From positions 32,001 to 96,000 of the IMG/VR virus record IMGVR_UViG_3300045988_145033: a stretch of DNA of 64,000 nucleotides; one strand, written 5' to 3'. A model generated the notes under the pieces. That model searched no databases and had not been told where the DNA came from. It saw nothing but the letters and a program-made list of their open reading frames with translations. Below are positions 17,340-29,900 of the stretch, piece by piece; position 1 is the stretch's first letter, and each line of letters begins with the position of its first letter. This DNA comes from a virus. The position numbers were made by a program, and so were the translations under genes.

Positions 17340-18822
17340 AATTAGAACCTCCTTTTTTATGAGTTATATCTATTTCTTTCCAGTCTTTGAATTCTTCATC
17401 AAAGAACTTATAAAGCTTTCTATAATATCTTTTAGTTTCAGAAAAACTCTTATCCACAGCTTTAATGTATATTCCAGTTTCTCCACCAACCCGTCCGTTT
17501 CTTCCTGTAGCTTGTTTAAATATCGAGCCCCCTGCATAAGTTTCCATATCTATTGTAAGTTTAATCTTAGATATATCAAGTCCTCTACCAATACTGTCAG
17601 TAATTGATATTATAAAAGGTTTTGTAAGAGCATTCGCTCTTTCTCCTTTTGGGAGTTCTGAATGAAACTCAGATACATGCTTTGCTGGGATATTAAACTT
17701 ATCCATTACCCATTCCTTTATAAGCTTACAATTTTCTATCTTACCTGTCATTATAACTATCTTATATCCCTTGTCCATTTCATATATAGGTATAGCGTGA
17801 GTTTTTATTATCTTCTCTAGTATATTAAAATACCCTTCCGATGCTATAGCTACAGCCATATGCTTATCAGGAACAAACTGTCCTTTGAAATTATAACAAG
17901 ATTGTCTTACTTTTTGTAAAGGTTTTGACTCCCAACCATAAACGTAAGCTATTCTATTTGGCTTTTCTGTATAAAACTCTTTACCATATTTTGGTATAGT
18001 TTTAATCATCTTTTGAAAAGCACTATCATCAAACTGTCCATTTTTAAATGTAGTTGCTGATAAATATAAGTTATATCTCACAGAAGTTGTAAAGTCTAGC
18101 TTTAGCATACTGTCTACTTCTGTATCAAACTCATCAAATATCTTAAGTCCTATTTTATTTTTAATACACCATTCAGCAACGAATGGAGAACCTTTTTGCT
18201 CTATTATAGAACGTAGAGTTGCGTGAGTGGTTACAAATACTTTATATCCTAAATCTTCTTCATAGGTAGATAAAAACCATTTAGAACCATTCATAGCACA
18301 CACGTATCTTTGACGAAGCTTTGTATGATTAGCAAATGAACCTTTCTCTCCTGCCCATTGATTTAAAAGAGTATTTGTCTTAACTAGAACCAGTATATTA
18401 CAACCAAGTTCTGATGCTATAGCAGTTGCTGTAAATGTCTTACCTCTTCCTGTAGGCATATCTATTATAACTTGAGTTTCCCCACGTCTAAATTCCTTTA
18501 AAGCTAGAGTTATAACTTTCATTTGCTCAGGAAACGGCTTTTTATTAACATTAAAGAATTTCTTATTATCACAAGGGAATGCAAGTCCTTTATGAATACT
18601 TCCATATACATTCAATTTATTCATAAGAAATGTATCTCCTATACCTCTTGGAACTCTTAAGTTATCAGGAGATAATAGATAACAAAATGGTTCTTTTTCT
18701 TCTGTGATATAGTTTACTGTCGATAAAGAATCCATTAAATCTTGAGCATAAAACATTTCTCTTTTCTTATTATTTTTATCAAATTCTATTTTATAAAAAG
18801 TGGTAAATTTAGTAATCTTCAT
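17320..18822 (-). CDS. SF2 (DExD/H-type) helicase
   Basis: Walker A MPTGRGKT, motif II DEFD, SAT motif (YLSATT). Confidence 0.75.
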   Translation of the reverse strand: MKITKFTTFYKIEFDKNNKKREMFYAQDLMDSLSTVNYITEEKEPFCYLLSPDNLRVPRGIGDTFLMNKLNVYGSIHKGLAFPCDNKKFFNVNKKPFPEQMKVITLALKEFRRGETQVIIDMPTGRGKTFTATAIASELGCNILVLVKTNTLLNQWAGEKGSFANHTKLRQRYVCAMNGSKWFLSTYEEDLGYKVFVTTHATLRSIIEQKGSPFVAEWCIKNKIGLKIFDEFDTEVDSMLKLDFTTSVRYNLYLSATTFKNGQFDDSAFQKMIKTIPKYGKEFYTEKPNRIAYVYGWESKPLQKVRQSCYNFKGQFVPDKHMAVAIASEGYFNILEKIIKTHAIPIYEMDKGYKIVIMTGKIENCKLIKEWVMDKFNIPAKHVSEFHSELPKGERANALTKPFIISITDSIGRGLDISKIKLTIDMETYAGGSIFKQATGRNGRVGGETGIYIKAVDKSFSETKRYYRKLYKFFDEEFKDWKEIDITHKKGGSNYDEDNE

Positions 18823-18832
18823 TTATTTCACC

Positions 18833-18852
18833 TCAAAAGGCTGTTTTTCACA
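18833..18852 (-). promoter_or_regulatory. class B motif (sense TGTGAAAAACAGCCTTTTGAGGTG)
   Basis: motif directly abuts the SD of the helicase gene. Confidence 0.5.
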
Positions 18853-18879
18853 ATTTTAAAACAAAAAAAAAAGAGGAAC

Positions 18880-19068
18880 TTAATCCCCTTTGTGTTTGTT
18901 GAAGTAGTACCATGCGTCTGCCCACATAGTAAGCAGAGCACCACTCCATCTTAGACTAGCTAAGACTTTGATTCCGGCGATTGCTGTCGCCAAAGTTATA
19001 ATACCGAAATATATCACAGTCATTATAGTGGCTGCGATAAGCATAGCAATGATTTGTAGATTTTTCAT
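18880..19068 (-). CDS. small membrane protein (62 aa, two TM segments)
   Basis: hydrophobic; preceded by the conserved class A leader. Confidence 0.6.
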   Translation of the reverse strand: MKNLQIIAMLIAATIMTVIYFGIITLATAIAGIKVLASLRWSGALLTMWADAWYYFNKHKGD

Positions 19069-19077
19069 ATTGTACCT

Positions 19078-19170
19078 CCTTAAGGTATTAAATTAAGACT
19101 GTAAGCTCTTAACCCTTGTTAAGTTTACTCTTGTCTTCTACTATTATTATATATAATTGAAATGAAAAAT
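19078..19170 (-). promoter_or_regulatory. class A promoter plus conserved leader, copy 2 of 3
   Basis: see 6125-6215. Confidence 0.55.
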
Positions 19171-19202
19171 TAAGGAACGTAGATAAAAAAAATAGAATAT
19201 CT

Positions 19203-19463
19203 TTACGGGCAGAAGATATCTATTATATCGTCCAAGCAGTCAAGAATAACCGCAGCTATCTTTCCGATGAACGATTTCTTTTGAAGTTTCTTTATCACCC
19301 TGTCCTTTCTTGCGTCCATTTTGTCTATATAATTGAAGATAAACCTAGCCAATGGACTCCATCTAAGTCTCTTCTTTAAAACCTTGTACGCGTAACTCTT
19401 AACAATGTCGCCCGCAGCATATGTCAGAGCTTTACGTACGAATAAACCGAATAGATACCACAT
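19203..19463 (-). CDS. hypothetical protein
   Basis: 86-aa ORF with class A motif at 19491-19516. Confidence 0.6.
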   Translation of the reverse strand: MWYLFGLFVRKALTYAAGDIVKSYAYKVLKKRLRWSPLARFIFNYIDKMDARKDRVIKKLQKKSFIGKIAAVILDCLDDIIDIFCP

Positions 19464-19539
19464 GATATCACCTCCTTTTAACTCGGCTATTCCTATTATT
19501 ATTATATATAATTGAAAGAAAAAATTGCGAATTTTATAT

Positions 19540-19555
19540 ACTCCCCGAAGGGAGT
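19540..19555. terminator. hairpin actcccc-gaa-gggagt
   Basis: short GC-rich palindrome. Confidence 0.35.
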
Positions 19556-19562
19556 ATAATAT

Positions 19563-19910
19563 TTAACTTATAGTAACTGTGCCATCTAGCTTAATTTTAA
19601 CTGTTGCTATAACACCAGTTGAACCGTCGAATTTACCCACAAATGTTAAGTGCTCAGAATCTGATAGTTTAAAATCATAAGCGACACCAGCACCAGTATA
19701 TACAGAAGTAGTACCTTTTAAAGTTACAACTTCATATATCGGCATACCGTCCGAATCTGTTCCAGTTCTTCTTCTTTCATTTGTATCAAACGCTGTTCTT
19801 GCACAACCGTTTATTTGTAAAACTGATACCATTTCTACTTTCTTATCTTCGATTGAACCATCAGTTTTCATATTCTTAACCATAGCTTCTCTTAGAACTT
19901 TTATAAGCAT
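19563..19910 (-). CDS. hypothetical protein
   Basis: 115-aa ORF. Confidence 0.65.
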   Translation of the reverse strand: MLIKVLREAMVKNMKTDGSIEDKKVEMVSVLQINGCARTAFDTNERRRTGTDSDGMPIYEVVTLKGTTSVYTGAGVAYDFKLSDSEHLTFVGKFDGSTGVIATVKIKLDGTVTIS

Positions 19911-20956
19911 TATAAATCACCTTCCCCTGAAGAAGAATACGAAAGTACCGCTTCGCATCTTTTTGAAAATTCTTCTATAGGATACATATCAAAGTCATCA
20001 AGTAAATATCCAAAAGTTATAATACCATAAGTTGCAACTCCTAAGAATGCTTTAGTAGTATCATTAACTTCTTGTCCATCTTTTAAAGACTCAAATACAT
20101 ACTTAGAAACTGAGTTCTTAATTCTGTATACGAAGTTCTTATAAAGTTCTTGTGCATATTTTACTCGAACGGACTCTGCGTAAACTTCTCCGTCGTCTCC
20201 TGCGATTGCTGATTTATCGTCTGGTTCATCTTTTGGGACTTCTTCTCCCTCATTCGTGCTATTATCTTCCGTTTTATTTTCTTCGCCACTATCTTTATTA
20301 TCGTCTTTATTGCCATCTTCACCAGAAACTGTATCGCCATCGCTAGAGCCGCCAGTATCACCGGCATTTTCGTCTCCAGTGTCCGTATCATCATCTTCAT
20401 TGTCATTATAAACTGCATTATCATCATCACCTGTTGCTGTGTTTATAAGGTTAGTTTCATTTTGTTCAATTTTCTCAAGTTGTTCATTTGACTTTTTAAC
20501 CTCTCCTTGAACTTTAGCTGCTATAGCCTTTAATATATTAGGTACAGCGTCTTTATTTAAAATATCAGTTAAATCCTTAGTTGTGTCTTTAACTTCTTCT
20601 TCAGTTTCAGCCTCAGCAATAAGTTTTATATTTTCTTCTTTAACTACCTCTTTTATAGACTCTACTGTCAGAATATCATATAATTCTTGCATATCTGATT
20701 GTCTAGCATTTATAGCGTCAGATAACCTTTTTGAAAACTCATCTTCTCCTACAAATTTAGGTAGTATATCTTTTAAAATATCTAAAACTTTTACATCATC
20801 AAGAAGCACTGTACCGTTTGCGTCTTGTGTTAGCTTAGCTTTGATATTTTGTGGTATCGCTTTCCATACAAGAGTTGCTAGAAATACAGAGTATGATTCA
20901 GCATCAGCATTCTTATAAGCTATCTCTTTTAAATCTTCTAATTTATTTACATCCAC
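19910..20956 (-). CDS. hypothetical protein with a D/E/G/N-rich low-complexity acidic central region
   Basis: 348-aa ORF. Confidence 0.65.
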   Translation of the reverse strand: MDVNKLEDLKEIAYKNADAESYSVFLATLVWKAIPQNIKAKLTQDANGTVLLDDVKVLDILKDILPKFVGEDEFSKRLSDAINARQSDMQELYDILTVESIKEVVKEENIKLIAEAETEEEVKDTTKDLTDILNKDAVPNILKAIAAKVQGEVKKSNEQLEKIEQNETNLINTATGDDDNAVYNDNEDDDTDTGDENAGDTGGSSDGDTVSGEDGNKDDNKDSGEENKTEDNSTNEGEEVPKDEPDDKSAIAGDDGEVYAESVRVKYAQELYKNFVYRIKNSVSKYVFESLKDGQEVNDTTKAFLGVATYGIITFGYLLDDFDMYPIEEFSKRCEAVLSYSSSGEGDL

Positions 20957-20967
20957 TTTGTAACCTC

Positions 20968-21240
20968 CTATCCATATAATTTTATATTTTTTACTATTGT
21001 TGATAATTGATTTTTAAATACCTCTTCAAAGTATTTACTGTCCTCTATATACTTTATAGTCTCATTATCTTTTATTACTGGTATATTTGCTAGTAATAGT
21101 CCTCTTTTAATAACAGCCTTATTTAAAAGGGATTTGACATTTTTACTCTCAACAGCAGATATCGCATCAGCAGGATTTTCATTTGCAATGAAAGATGCTA
21201 TGTGACACGCTATGAGATGTAATTTATCGTGCTCCATCAT
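20968..21240 (-). CDS. hypothetical protein
   Basis: 90-aa ORF. Confidence 0.55.
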   Translation of the reverse strand: MMEHDKLHLIACHIASFIANENPADAISAVESKNVKSLLNKAVIKRGLLLANIPVIKDNETIKYIEDSKYFEEVFKNQLSTIVKNIKLYG

Positions 21241-22133
21241 TTAAGCCTCCTTGGTCTTTTCTTAGACATATAGAAATCTCCACGTATCACAGCTTCTCTT
21301 ATAGTGAGAGTATTATCAACTCTTGTCTTAACTGGTTCTTTAAGATAAGCAGTTAAAAGTTTTATATCCTCAGCACTATATAAAGATAATATACTTTCTA
21401 CCTGCTTACCAGTTAAATCACATTTTCCTATATTATCGAAAAATACTTGTGGAAATTTGGCTCTCGATATACCCTTTATATTAAAGATATACTTAGGATA
21501 TATTCTTGCCTTTCTATACGTTGCTAATTTTTTAATATGCTCCATATACGGAGCAAAATATTTACTTTCTTTTGATAGCATAGTATCACTTGGGTAATGC
21601 ACTTCTATAACTATTCTTGGGTCTATAGAATACATTTGTATAGTTTCATTGAATGAGACAAGTCTATCATCTAAAATGACAGCGTATTTCTCATCTTGCA
21701 GAACGTCCCAGTGCACTTTTTCTATGTTATCGTTATCTTTTTGTTTTATAGAGATTGATAACTCGTCTAAAATAGCCTCTCCTATAGCCTTTTTTACTTT
21801 GTTTTCTGGTGTTACAAACGAACGTATTCTCATACCCAAAGGTCTTTCTATAAGAGTAGATTGTAAAAGTTTATCTTGCTCATAAACTGGTTTAAATACT
21901 CTCATAAGAAATGCTTTGTGAGGATTGTAAGTTCCATCTCTTTCCTTTAAATATCTTGGACGACTATCAGCTATAGGCTCTCCATATACAGTTATTACAA
22001 GTCTTTCATCAAAGAATTTAAAAAGCTTCTCATCTTCTGGTACTTTTTCTATATAAGCAGGAGTATATCTCTCTTTTGTGTATTCAACTCTTGCTTTAGC
22101 TTTCGCTCCACTAAATTTAAGCAAACTTATCAT
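21237..22133 (-). CDS. hypothetical protein
   Basis: 298-aa ORF. Confidence 0.65.
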   Translation of the reverse strand: MISLLKFSGAKAKARVEYTKERYTPAYIEKVPEDEKLFKFFDERLVITVYGEPIADSRPRYLKERDGTYNPHKAFLMRVFKPVYEQDKLLQSTLIERPLGMRIRSFVTPENKVKKAIGEAILDELSISIKQKDNDNIEKVHWDVLQDEKYAVILDDRLVSFNETIQMYSIDPRIVIEVHYPSDTMLSKESKYFAPYMEHIKKLATYRKARIYPKYIFNIKGISRAKFPQVFFDNIGKCDLTGKQVESILSLYSAEDIKLLTAYLKEPVKTRVDNTLTIREAVIRGDFYMSKKRPRRLK

Positions 22134-22137
22134 CTCC

Positions 22138-23886
22138 TTATAGCATATTAACTATGTACGCTTTCATTTGTCCTGCACTATCCATAAATCTACGTCTTAT
22201 CCCAGCCCAGTTTCTTGTAGGTGAAATCATATTCTTAAGTGATGCTAGCACATTAGGACCTGCAAATTTAGTCCAGTCAAGAAGCACAGCATTTGCTCCA
22301 GCAAGTCCACCAAGAATAGACATATATCCTACAGCGTTTAAAGGTGCAAGTCCATTATTGTGATGTGGTAGTGCTACAACTGGTGTCATATCTCTTACAG
22401 TTACAGTAAGTGTCATATCTGTCATAAGTCCCATACCTGTCATAGTCTTAGGGTCTACAGTAGCAGATAAGGAAGTTATCATACCTACGTCCATACTAGG
22501 TAAACCTTTTGAGTACATTCTACATAGAAATGGTGCAGAAAATCCAAAGTTACCCACAGAGTGTATAGGAAGTGCCATAGGTAATATATGAGCTAGAGGC
22601 TTTAATACGTGGAAAGCATAACCTTCGGGAGTCCCTTCAGCTGTTGCGAGTCTAAATTGAAGCTGGTGCTCTCTTGCATTAGATGAAGCATCTTTCCATA
22701 TATCAGGAACTATGGTTTTAATTCCCCATCTTTTTGATTTTAAGAAATTACTCCCTGTCATCTTTTGGTCTTTATTTGATACATCTTCTTCAGCATTTAT
22801 AGTTTCATAAGATTTACCAGTTAAGAATGCTAGTTCTCTTCCTAAATCTCCAAGTCCTCCAAATGTATTAAGTTTTGCTCCAAGTTCAGACTCTCCTGCT
22901 TGGTTATCAACACCTATCGCACTTTGAACAGGACCGTCGTGATAAAATGGTACAAATGATTGGAAACTTATTTGCTCTGTAAGCATAAGTTCAACCTCTG
23001 GGTTTCCTATAGCTCTATATAAAAGCTTACCTAAAGTATCTCCAGCTGACACCTTATCCCAATATATATCAAGAAGTGTAGAACCGGGTTTTCCAGTGTA
23101 AGCTGATGCCACCCTTGATTTATACGACTGAAGTCCCGCAAGAATTATAAGATGTTGCCATATAGCATTTACATATTTCCAATAAGTATTATTAGAGGGT
23201 CTAAATTCATAAAATCTCCCTTCTCCTTTTTCACCTATTTCTCCTTGTAGTTCAGCTGTTTTTTGCTCTGCATCTTCTGCATTATTAACAGCCGCATTTA
23301 AAAACGCATCTGATATCTTAGATGATATTCCGGGTAAAAGCATAGCTATACCGGGAGTAAATGTAACTATTTGTCCATTTGATAAGAAGTTATCAAGATA
23401 GGTTCTACCGAATGAAGCATTTGTATACGGTGGGTCATCAGTTACTGAATATTTAAAAGGTTCAGCCATAAGCCCATGAATACTAAAATTCGTTTCAGTT
23501 GGATTTTGTCCTTTACCTGATAAATCATCTACCGTTGAACGCTTTAAAGCTGTGTATAAATCTCCTCCACCAATTTGTGCTTTAAAAATCTTTGTAAAAT
23601 CACTTTGTGCTATTCCGGATAAGTTTTTAAATCCGTCTGTTGCTGTTGCCATTGCCGCAGTTACATTAGCTACAGCGGCTACGGCTGGACCACCAAGTAA
23701 ACCAGCCGCTTGAAGTCCTCCACTCATAGCTTGTGGTGATATACCACCAGCACTATTTGTATTATTATTTTTTCTTACAGATTTACCTAAAGATGAAGTA
23801 GCCGCTTTAACTCCACCTGCTATAGCACCCATAGGTTTATTTGCTCCGCCAGATTTATTTTTTAAACTAGAACCTTCGTCTAACAT
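22138..23886 (-). CDS. hypothetical protein, probably virion-associated (immediately downstream of the giant gene)
   Basis: 582-aa ORF with a Gly/Ala-rich N-terminus. Confidence 0.65.
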   Translation of the reverse strand: MLDEGSSLKNKSGGANKPMGAIAGGVKAATSSLGKSVRKNNNTNSAGGISPQAMSGGLQAAGLLGGPAVAAVANVTAAMATATDGFKNLSGIAQSDFTKIFKAQIGGGDLYTALKRSTVDDLSGKGQNPTETNFSIHGLMAEPFKYSVTDDPPYTNASFGRTYLDNFLSNGQIVTFTPGIAMLLPGISSKISDAFLNAAVNNAEDAEQKTAELQGEIGEKGEGRFYEFRPSNNTYWKYVNAIWQHLIILAGLQSYKSRVASAYTGKPGSTLLDIYWDKVSAGDTLGKLLYRAIGNPEVELMLTEQISFQSFVPFYHDGPVQSAIGVDNQAGESELGAKLNTFGGLGDLGRELAFLTGKSYETINAEEDVSNKDQKMTGSNFLKSKRWGIKTIVPDIWKDASSNAREHQLQFRLATAEGTPEGYAFHVLKPLAHILPMALPIHSVGNFGFSAPFLCRMYSKGLPSMDVGMITSLSATVDPKTMTGMGLMTDMTLTVTVRDMTPVVALPHHNNGLAPLNAVGYMSILGGLAGANAVLLDWTKFAGPNVLASLKNMISPTRNWAGIRRRFMDSAGQMKAYIVNML

Positions 23887-23919
23887 ATTTAAACCTCCTT
23901 TATTTATGTATTAAAATAC

Positions 23920-23939
23920 GGAGTGGGAAACCCCACTCC
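23920..23939. terminator. hairpin ggagtggg-aaa-ccccactcc
   Basis: perfect 8-bp stem followed by a TATATTATATA motif. Confidence 0.45.
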
Positions 23940-23945
23940 AATATA

Positions 23946-26900
23946 TTATATAGATTTTCCTTTACAAATTCTATCAATAAGTTTATAAAAGTCATCATTA
24001 GAATTCATACCAGAACTTCCCATTGTAACTGGAGTAGGGTTACCATTGACCGTAGTCATTACATTGTATCCATTTAGTGCAAGATTTGTCTTCTTACCAG
24101 TTACAGCTTCTATGAATGTAGCAAATAGCTTATTCATATTACGTAACTCTCCTAAAATAGCTTCAAGTAATTTAGTTTCACCATTTTGTTCCATACCTTG
24201 AGAACGATTTATGAATTTTACCAAGTTTTCATTTATTTCATTTAAAATACCAGTCTGAGTTTGACTATGTTTTGCTGATGCTTGTATACCAGCTTTTATC
24301 TTATCTGTAGATAAAGCAATAGAGTTTGATGATTTAGCAACACCATCATCACTACCTTTTCCAGATAAGTTCATAGTCTTTGTATATTGCTCTGCCGCAT
24401 TATATGTCATATCACGAGATACACGTCCATATCCTGCAAGAACTGGCTCAACCACTTTTTCTTTAAATGTACCATAAGCTCCTTTTATGATATCTACCAT
24501 AGAAGCAGTTTTCTTTGCAAGTTTTACAGATGCTTTTTCTTTGTATATCAAAATTGCTTTTGCCATACGAAGACGTTTGTCATTTACTGAAACTTGCTCA
24601 GATGAGTTCTTTTCCGGGTCATTTATATAAATCTTACCATTTACCATCTCTTTACCTATTATGAAATGTGGTGCACCAGTTGATGATACTGTAAGAAGTA
24701 TAGGAGAACGTCCGGCACGTAGTTCACTTACAAATCTTGCAAGTACCTTATCATTAAATATAACAGAACGTATTTTATGCTCAGCTAGTATATTTACGAA
24801 ATACTTCATAGGCGTACCAGCTTTAGGTGATGATTTCATAGCAACAGCTTTACGTACTAAATCTTCCATATTGTATCTTATCTTTAACTTATCAAGAAGC
24901 ATAGCCATAACAGCAGGACCACAACCAGCTTCTCTAAATCTAAGTCCTCCACCCATTCCAAGTTTATTCCACTTTCCTGAGTTTTGTGATACGTGTTTCA
25001 TAGGTCCAAAACCTTCGTTACCAGCTTTTAATCCTTCTTGTTGCTTTGCTGACGTTTTAACTTTTTGAGTTACGCTATATGGGTCAAAGGCATCAACAAC
25101 ATATCCGTCAAACCCCATAAATTGTGCTGCTTCTTTTGTAGACGGATATTTAGATGCTGAGAAATTAGCAACTTCTCTTCCTCTTACGTGTCCATCTCCA
25201 TCTTTGTCCATTCCGTGATTTGCTTTATATTCCGCTGAACCACGCGAATAAACTGGCTTATCTGGATGATATCCTAAAGACTTAGGATAATGTAAGTAAG
25301 AATATAAGTTATATAGGTTAGGAGGATATTTACCCAAGCCTTTTATCCATCTAGGTCCAACTCTTTTTAATTGCTCAAGTGGCGTGAAACTTCCCGGAAG
25401 TTCATTAGGTGCAAACCCCCAACCTTTTCTGTAACTCTTCATTACTTGGAAAAGTCCAGATGCTCCACCGTTACTATTATATGCGTCAGGTTGCCAAGTT
25501 GACTCAGAATAAGATACAGCTAACATATTTCTCGCAACATCTACTCCCCATTGAGAAACAGCATAATCCCACATTTCTTTCATTTGCTTCCTATATTGTG
25601 GGTTCTTAGCTTTTTGCATAAGCCCCATATTCTTAGTGACTCCAGTTATAACATTTCCACCACTAAAATCTCCTGAACTTGAATCTTCTGCTACAACATT
25701 GCCGTTTTCATCTAGGTTAAATCCTAAAGATGTTGCTAAATTTTTCACAGTAGCACCTATATCGAAGTTTTTGATAAATTCATATCTATCTCCAAATTTA
25801 GAAGCATTGTCATCATCTATCATAGCTTGCATATCAGATTTAGCTTTTGTAGCTTCTTGAGTTGTTGTATCAACTTTTGTAAGCTTACCGTCTGGAGTTA
25901 CAGGTCCAAATCCTTGATAAGCTCCATATCCGTCACTATCAGTTTTATATTTATCATACAACTTACTATTCTTTTTAGCTATGTCTTCTTTTTCTTTTTT
26001 ATCTTTCTCTTCTTGTTGCTTTTTAAGTTTTTCTTGATTTTCTTTTCTCTTCTTTGCATCTTCGTCACGTTTCTTCCAATAATCTGGGTCTTTTAAATCA
26101 TAATCGCTATCAGCATCTGGGTCATATCCATAATCAGTCTTATCAACATCACCATTTGCTTCTTCTTCACGCTTAGCTTTATATTCTTCATATTTGCTCT
26201 TACCCCATTCTTTTAATTCTTCTTCTTCTCTCTTCTTAGCTTCTTCTTTATCACTTTCTTCTTTATTAAAAGCTTCTAGTGCTTCTTTTGATTTCCATTC
26301 GGATTCATCAACACCAGATACCCATTCGTAGAACCACACAACCATATCATCTATAGGGATAGCAGCAAGCCACCATACTTTAGATGATGCTAGTCCCCAT
26401 AATAGTTCCACAAAACCTGATGCAAATTTCATACCAGTAGTTATGTAATCAGAACCTACGTTGAAATAATCTCTTGCGTGTCTCCAACCATGAATAAAAT
26501 CATATATTGCAAATATTCCGTCTACTATAGCTCCTACTGGTGGTAATGCGTAAGATGCAGAACGAGTAACATTTTTAGCTGTCTTCTTAGCGGCTTTCTT
26601 TGCAGCCTTTTTACTCATCTTTTTAGCAACAACTTCTATTCCGCCTTTCTTTAAAAGTTTTTCAGCAAATGCTTTAGTAAGCTTATAATTAAGAAGTTTT
26701 CTTAACATCTTTTCTATAAACTCTTTAAACCATTTACCAATAGCGGTTTCTGTTATTTGCTTTACTCCACGTTCAGCCAGATTTTGAGCACCTTTTCTAA
26801 ACGCTTCGTTTTTAAATAAACCATTTTTAGCTATTCTAAGTCCAGTTTGTTGAATATTATGAGTTACAGTTTCTCCAGTTCTTCCAGTAGAGTTTATAAA

Positions 26901-29900
26901 GTTTTCGTATTGTTGTCCATAAGAAGAATTAGCAAACGCAACAAGTGCTCCACCACCAACAAGTGCTCCTATTGCCGGAAGTGCTTTTACTATAGCTCCA
27001 CCCATAATCTTAGAACCAAGTCCTTGCATTCCAAGTTTTGTGAATATATTACCTAAGAATTTAGAACCTCCACCACCAGAACCAAACATAGATGCCGCTG
27101 CTCCAGCTATAGTTCCTAATACACCATTATCTTTCACTTGTTGTACTAAAGTTACCTTACCATCTTTATCCTTTTTCTCCTTATCTTTTTTGTCTTGTCT
27201 TTTATCAATGTCAGCATATTCTGCACCGTCTTTCATCTTAGGTGATTTACCTTTTCTTCTCTTTCCAGACATAGCAGATTTGAAGTCTTCTTTATATCCA
27301 AGCTTATTATACATAGATTCAGCATATTCTAAATCTACTGCACCAACAGCTTTTACAACTTCAACTACTCTTACATTATCTATTATACCGCCTTCAACCC
27401 AAACTTTATTAGTTCTATTCTTTCTACCAAATAGAATATTCCATACACCGGTTACTAAGTCTTTACCTCTTTGATATATCCAGTCAAATACCTTACCAAC
27501 TGAAGTTACAAGCCAAGTAATACCTCTACCTATCTTATCAAGACCTTTATCTATGATAGTTCCTATTCTATCAGCCGCACCCATAACTATAGCAGGAAAA
27601 TTAGATATAAGTTTCCAAGCAAGTCCAAAAGTAGCATTCCATAAAGTTCTACCGAATATCTTAATACCACCCCATATCTTGCCAGCAAACATTCTAAGTC
27701 CTAAAAGCATTTGAGTTCCCCAATACTTAATAGATGAGAATACCCCTTTTACGAACCCACCTATTCTTGAAAGCACTGGTAGTGCCATATGTTTCCATAT
27801 AGATTTAGCTATCCATAAAGGAAACTTAATAAACATAAGCTTCATAGCACCTAATGTTTGCATAGTTGCTGATACGACAGGTCTTACAAGTTTATTATAA
27901 AGTCCAGAAAGTAGAGCTCCCGGTAAAGCCTTAAGTCTTCTCCAACCGTTTTTGAATTTTTGTCCAAGCCAAGAGAAGTGCTTATTCTTTACATTCTTCG
28001 CACCAAAGCCGGGAATAGGTCCATATTTACGAACAAGAATTCTTTTAATATACTCAGCATTATATGCAAGAGATGAGGTTTGAAGATTTATAGTATCACG
28101 AAGTTTTTCAGCTTCTTCTAAATACTTCTTTCTCCAATTCTTTATAAGGATATAAAGTTCGGAACGTTTACCTAAATACTTAGCAAGAGCCGACCTTTGT
28201 GTCATATTCTTGTCAAAGGCTTGTATACCACCTTTTATCTTTTGAGCAACATTTACAACACCATCTCTCATCTTCTTAATCATAGATACCTTTATTGGAT
28301 TTCCATTCTCATCTAAAACTTCAGGTTCGTCTTCATTTGGGTCTTTTTTTCCAAATTTAGATTTAAGCCAACCTTTTATAGCGTTGACATAACCTTTCTT
28401 TCCTTCTTCTACATTTATACCTTCTTTGTGAAGAAATTCTTCAGTAGTTTCACCTTTCTTCAAAGCCTCGGCTTCAGGCATAGTTTTACCTATGACTTCT
28501 CCTATTTTATTTACATATGCTTTCTTTCCTTTTTCTAGCATATCCTTTATATTCTCATCTGTAGTAGATGAAACTACAGCTTCTTTAGGACCTACTTCCT
28601 CAGCTTTAGCCCCAGCTAACATAGTTCCAATAGTTATCTTTTCTTCATTTGTTAATGTCTTCCATTGTTTTTCTTTAAAGAATATCGCTTGCTTTGCGTG
28701 TGCTTCTAAAGTAGCAATATCCACTGTCATATCAGGTTTTCTATCAGGGTCTGCATATTCTACAGTTCCTTGAGAAGATATAAAGTATACCACAATATAA
28801 TGAAGATTATCAGTTTCAAAATCTGATAACTCTACTATTACACAATTTCCAGAAAAAGCACCTTTCATAAATGACATAAATGTACCAGCTTTAGGATTTA
28901 CAACATGGGTTGCATCTATTCCAAATTTTCTAGCGACGCTCATTATATATGAAGCTGGAACTCCATTTGTAGAACCTGTCCAACCAAATGATTTCTTAGT
29001 TAGATATTCAGGTTTTATAGAAAATCCTGTAGCACGAGATAAAGCCGTTGCAAGAGCTGATAGTCCACATAAAGTTCCATCTCCACCAATATTTGGTATG
29101 ACTTTACTTTTTATAGATTTCGCTATATCTTTTGCAACTCCTTTTAGATTAAGTGCTCCACTTCTTCCTTTTATACCCTTTCCTGATTGCCCTTCTTCTT
29201 CTTTAGCTTTGGCTTTTTGAGCTTCATCGACTTTAGCATCCGCTTCAGCTTTCTTCTTAAGATAATCAGCTTGAATTTCTTTACCTCTTTTCTTAAGTCT
29301 AAAAGCTTCGAGTCTTTCATCTAAAGTTTTATCTTTTACTTCTTGTACGTCTTGACCTTCCATACGTTTAGCAATAGCAGCCTTTTTAGCATCTTTTGCT
29401 CTCATCTTAAGTAAAAGCTTTTTATCACTTTCAGAAAACTCTGAAGCTTCTTGTACGTCTTTATCTGTCATACCTTCAGAACGCATATAAAGGTCTTCTT
29501 TACGTCTTGTAGCATTTTCATAAGCTTCAACATTTTTAACACCTTCTGGAGTTTTAGCTGTATGAGAAGCACTAAATGAAGCTCTTCTATCAGCTATATC
29601 GTCAGCGTCCGTTCTTCCAGTTACTAGAGTTCTAAACATTTTAAACGGAGCCGCAATTATTCTACCTATGAATTTAAACATTCCACCGAATATCTTTTTA
29701 AATACTCCAGCAATAGGGTCTATTACCTTTTCTTTCATAGTTTTAAAGAATGGTTTTACAAAGTCATTTGTAAATGAACCCGTAAGTTCTCCTTTTATAC
29801 CAGTTATAGTTTTAAATATACCAGAAGCTGTATTTGACATAAATTCCTTAATAGGAGTAAATGTTTGCGAAAGTGGCTTCCATATATCTTTTCTAAACCA

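Noticed and set aside
19910-20956. The D/E/G-rich acidic low-complexity core of the 348-aa protein as a possible DNA mimic or anti-restriction protein
   Set aside because: Only compositional bias is visible, with no recognisable Ocr/ArdA-like periodicity; it is kept as a hypothetical protein.
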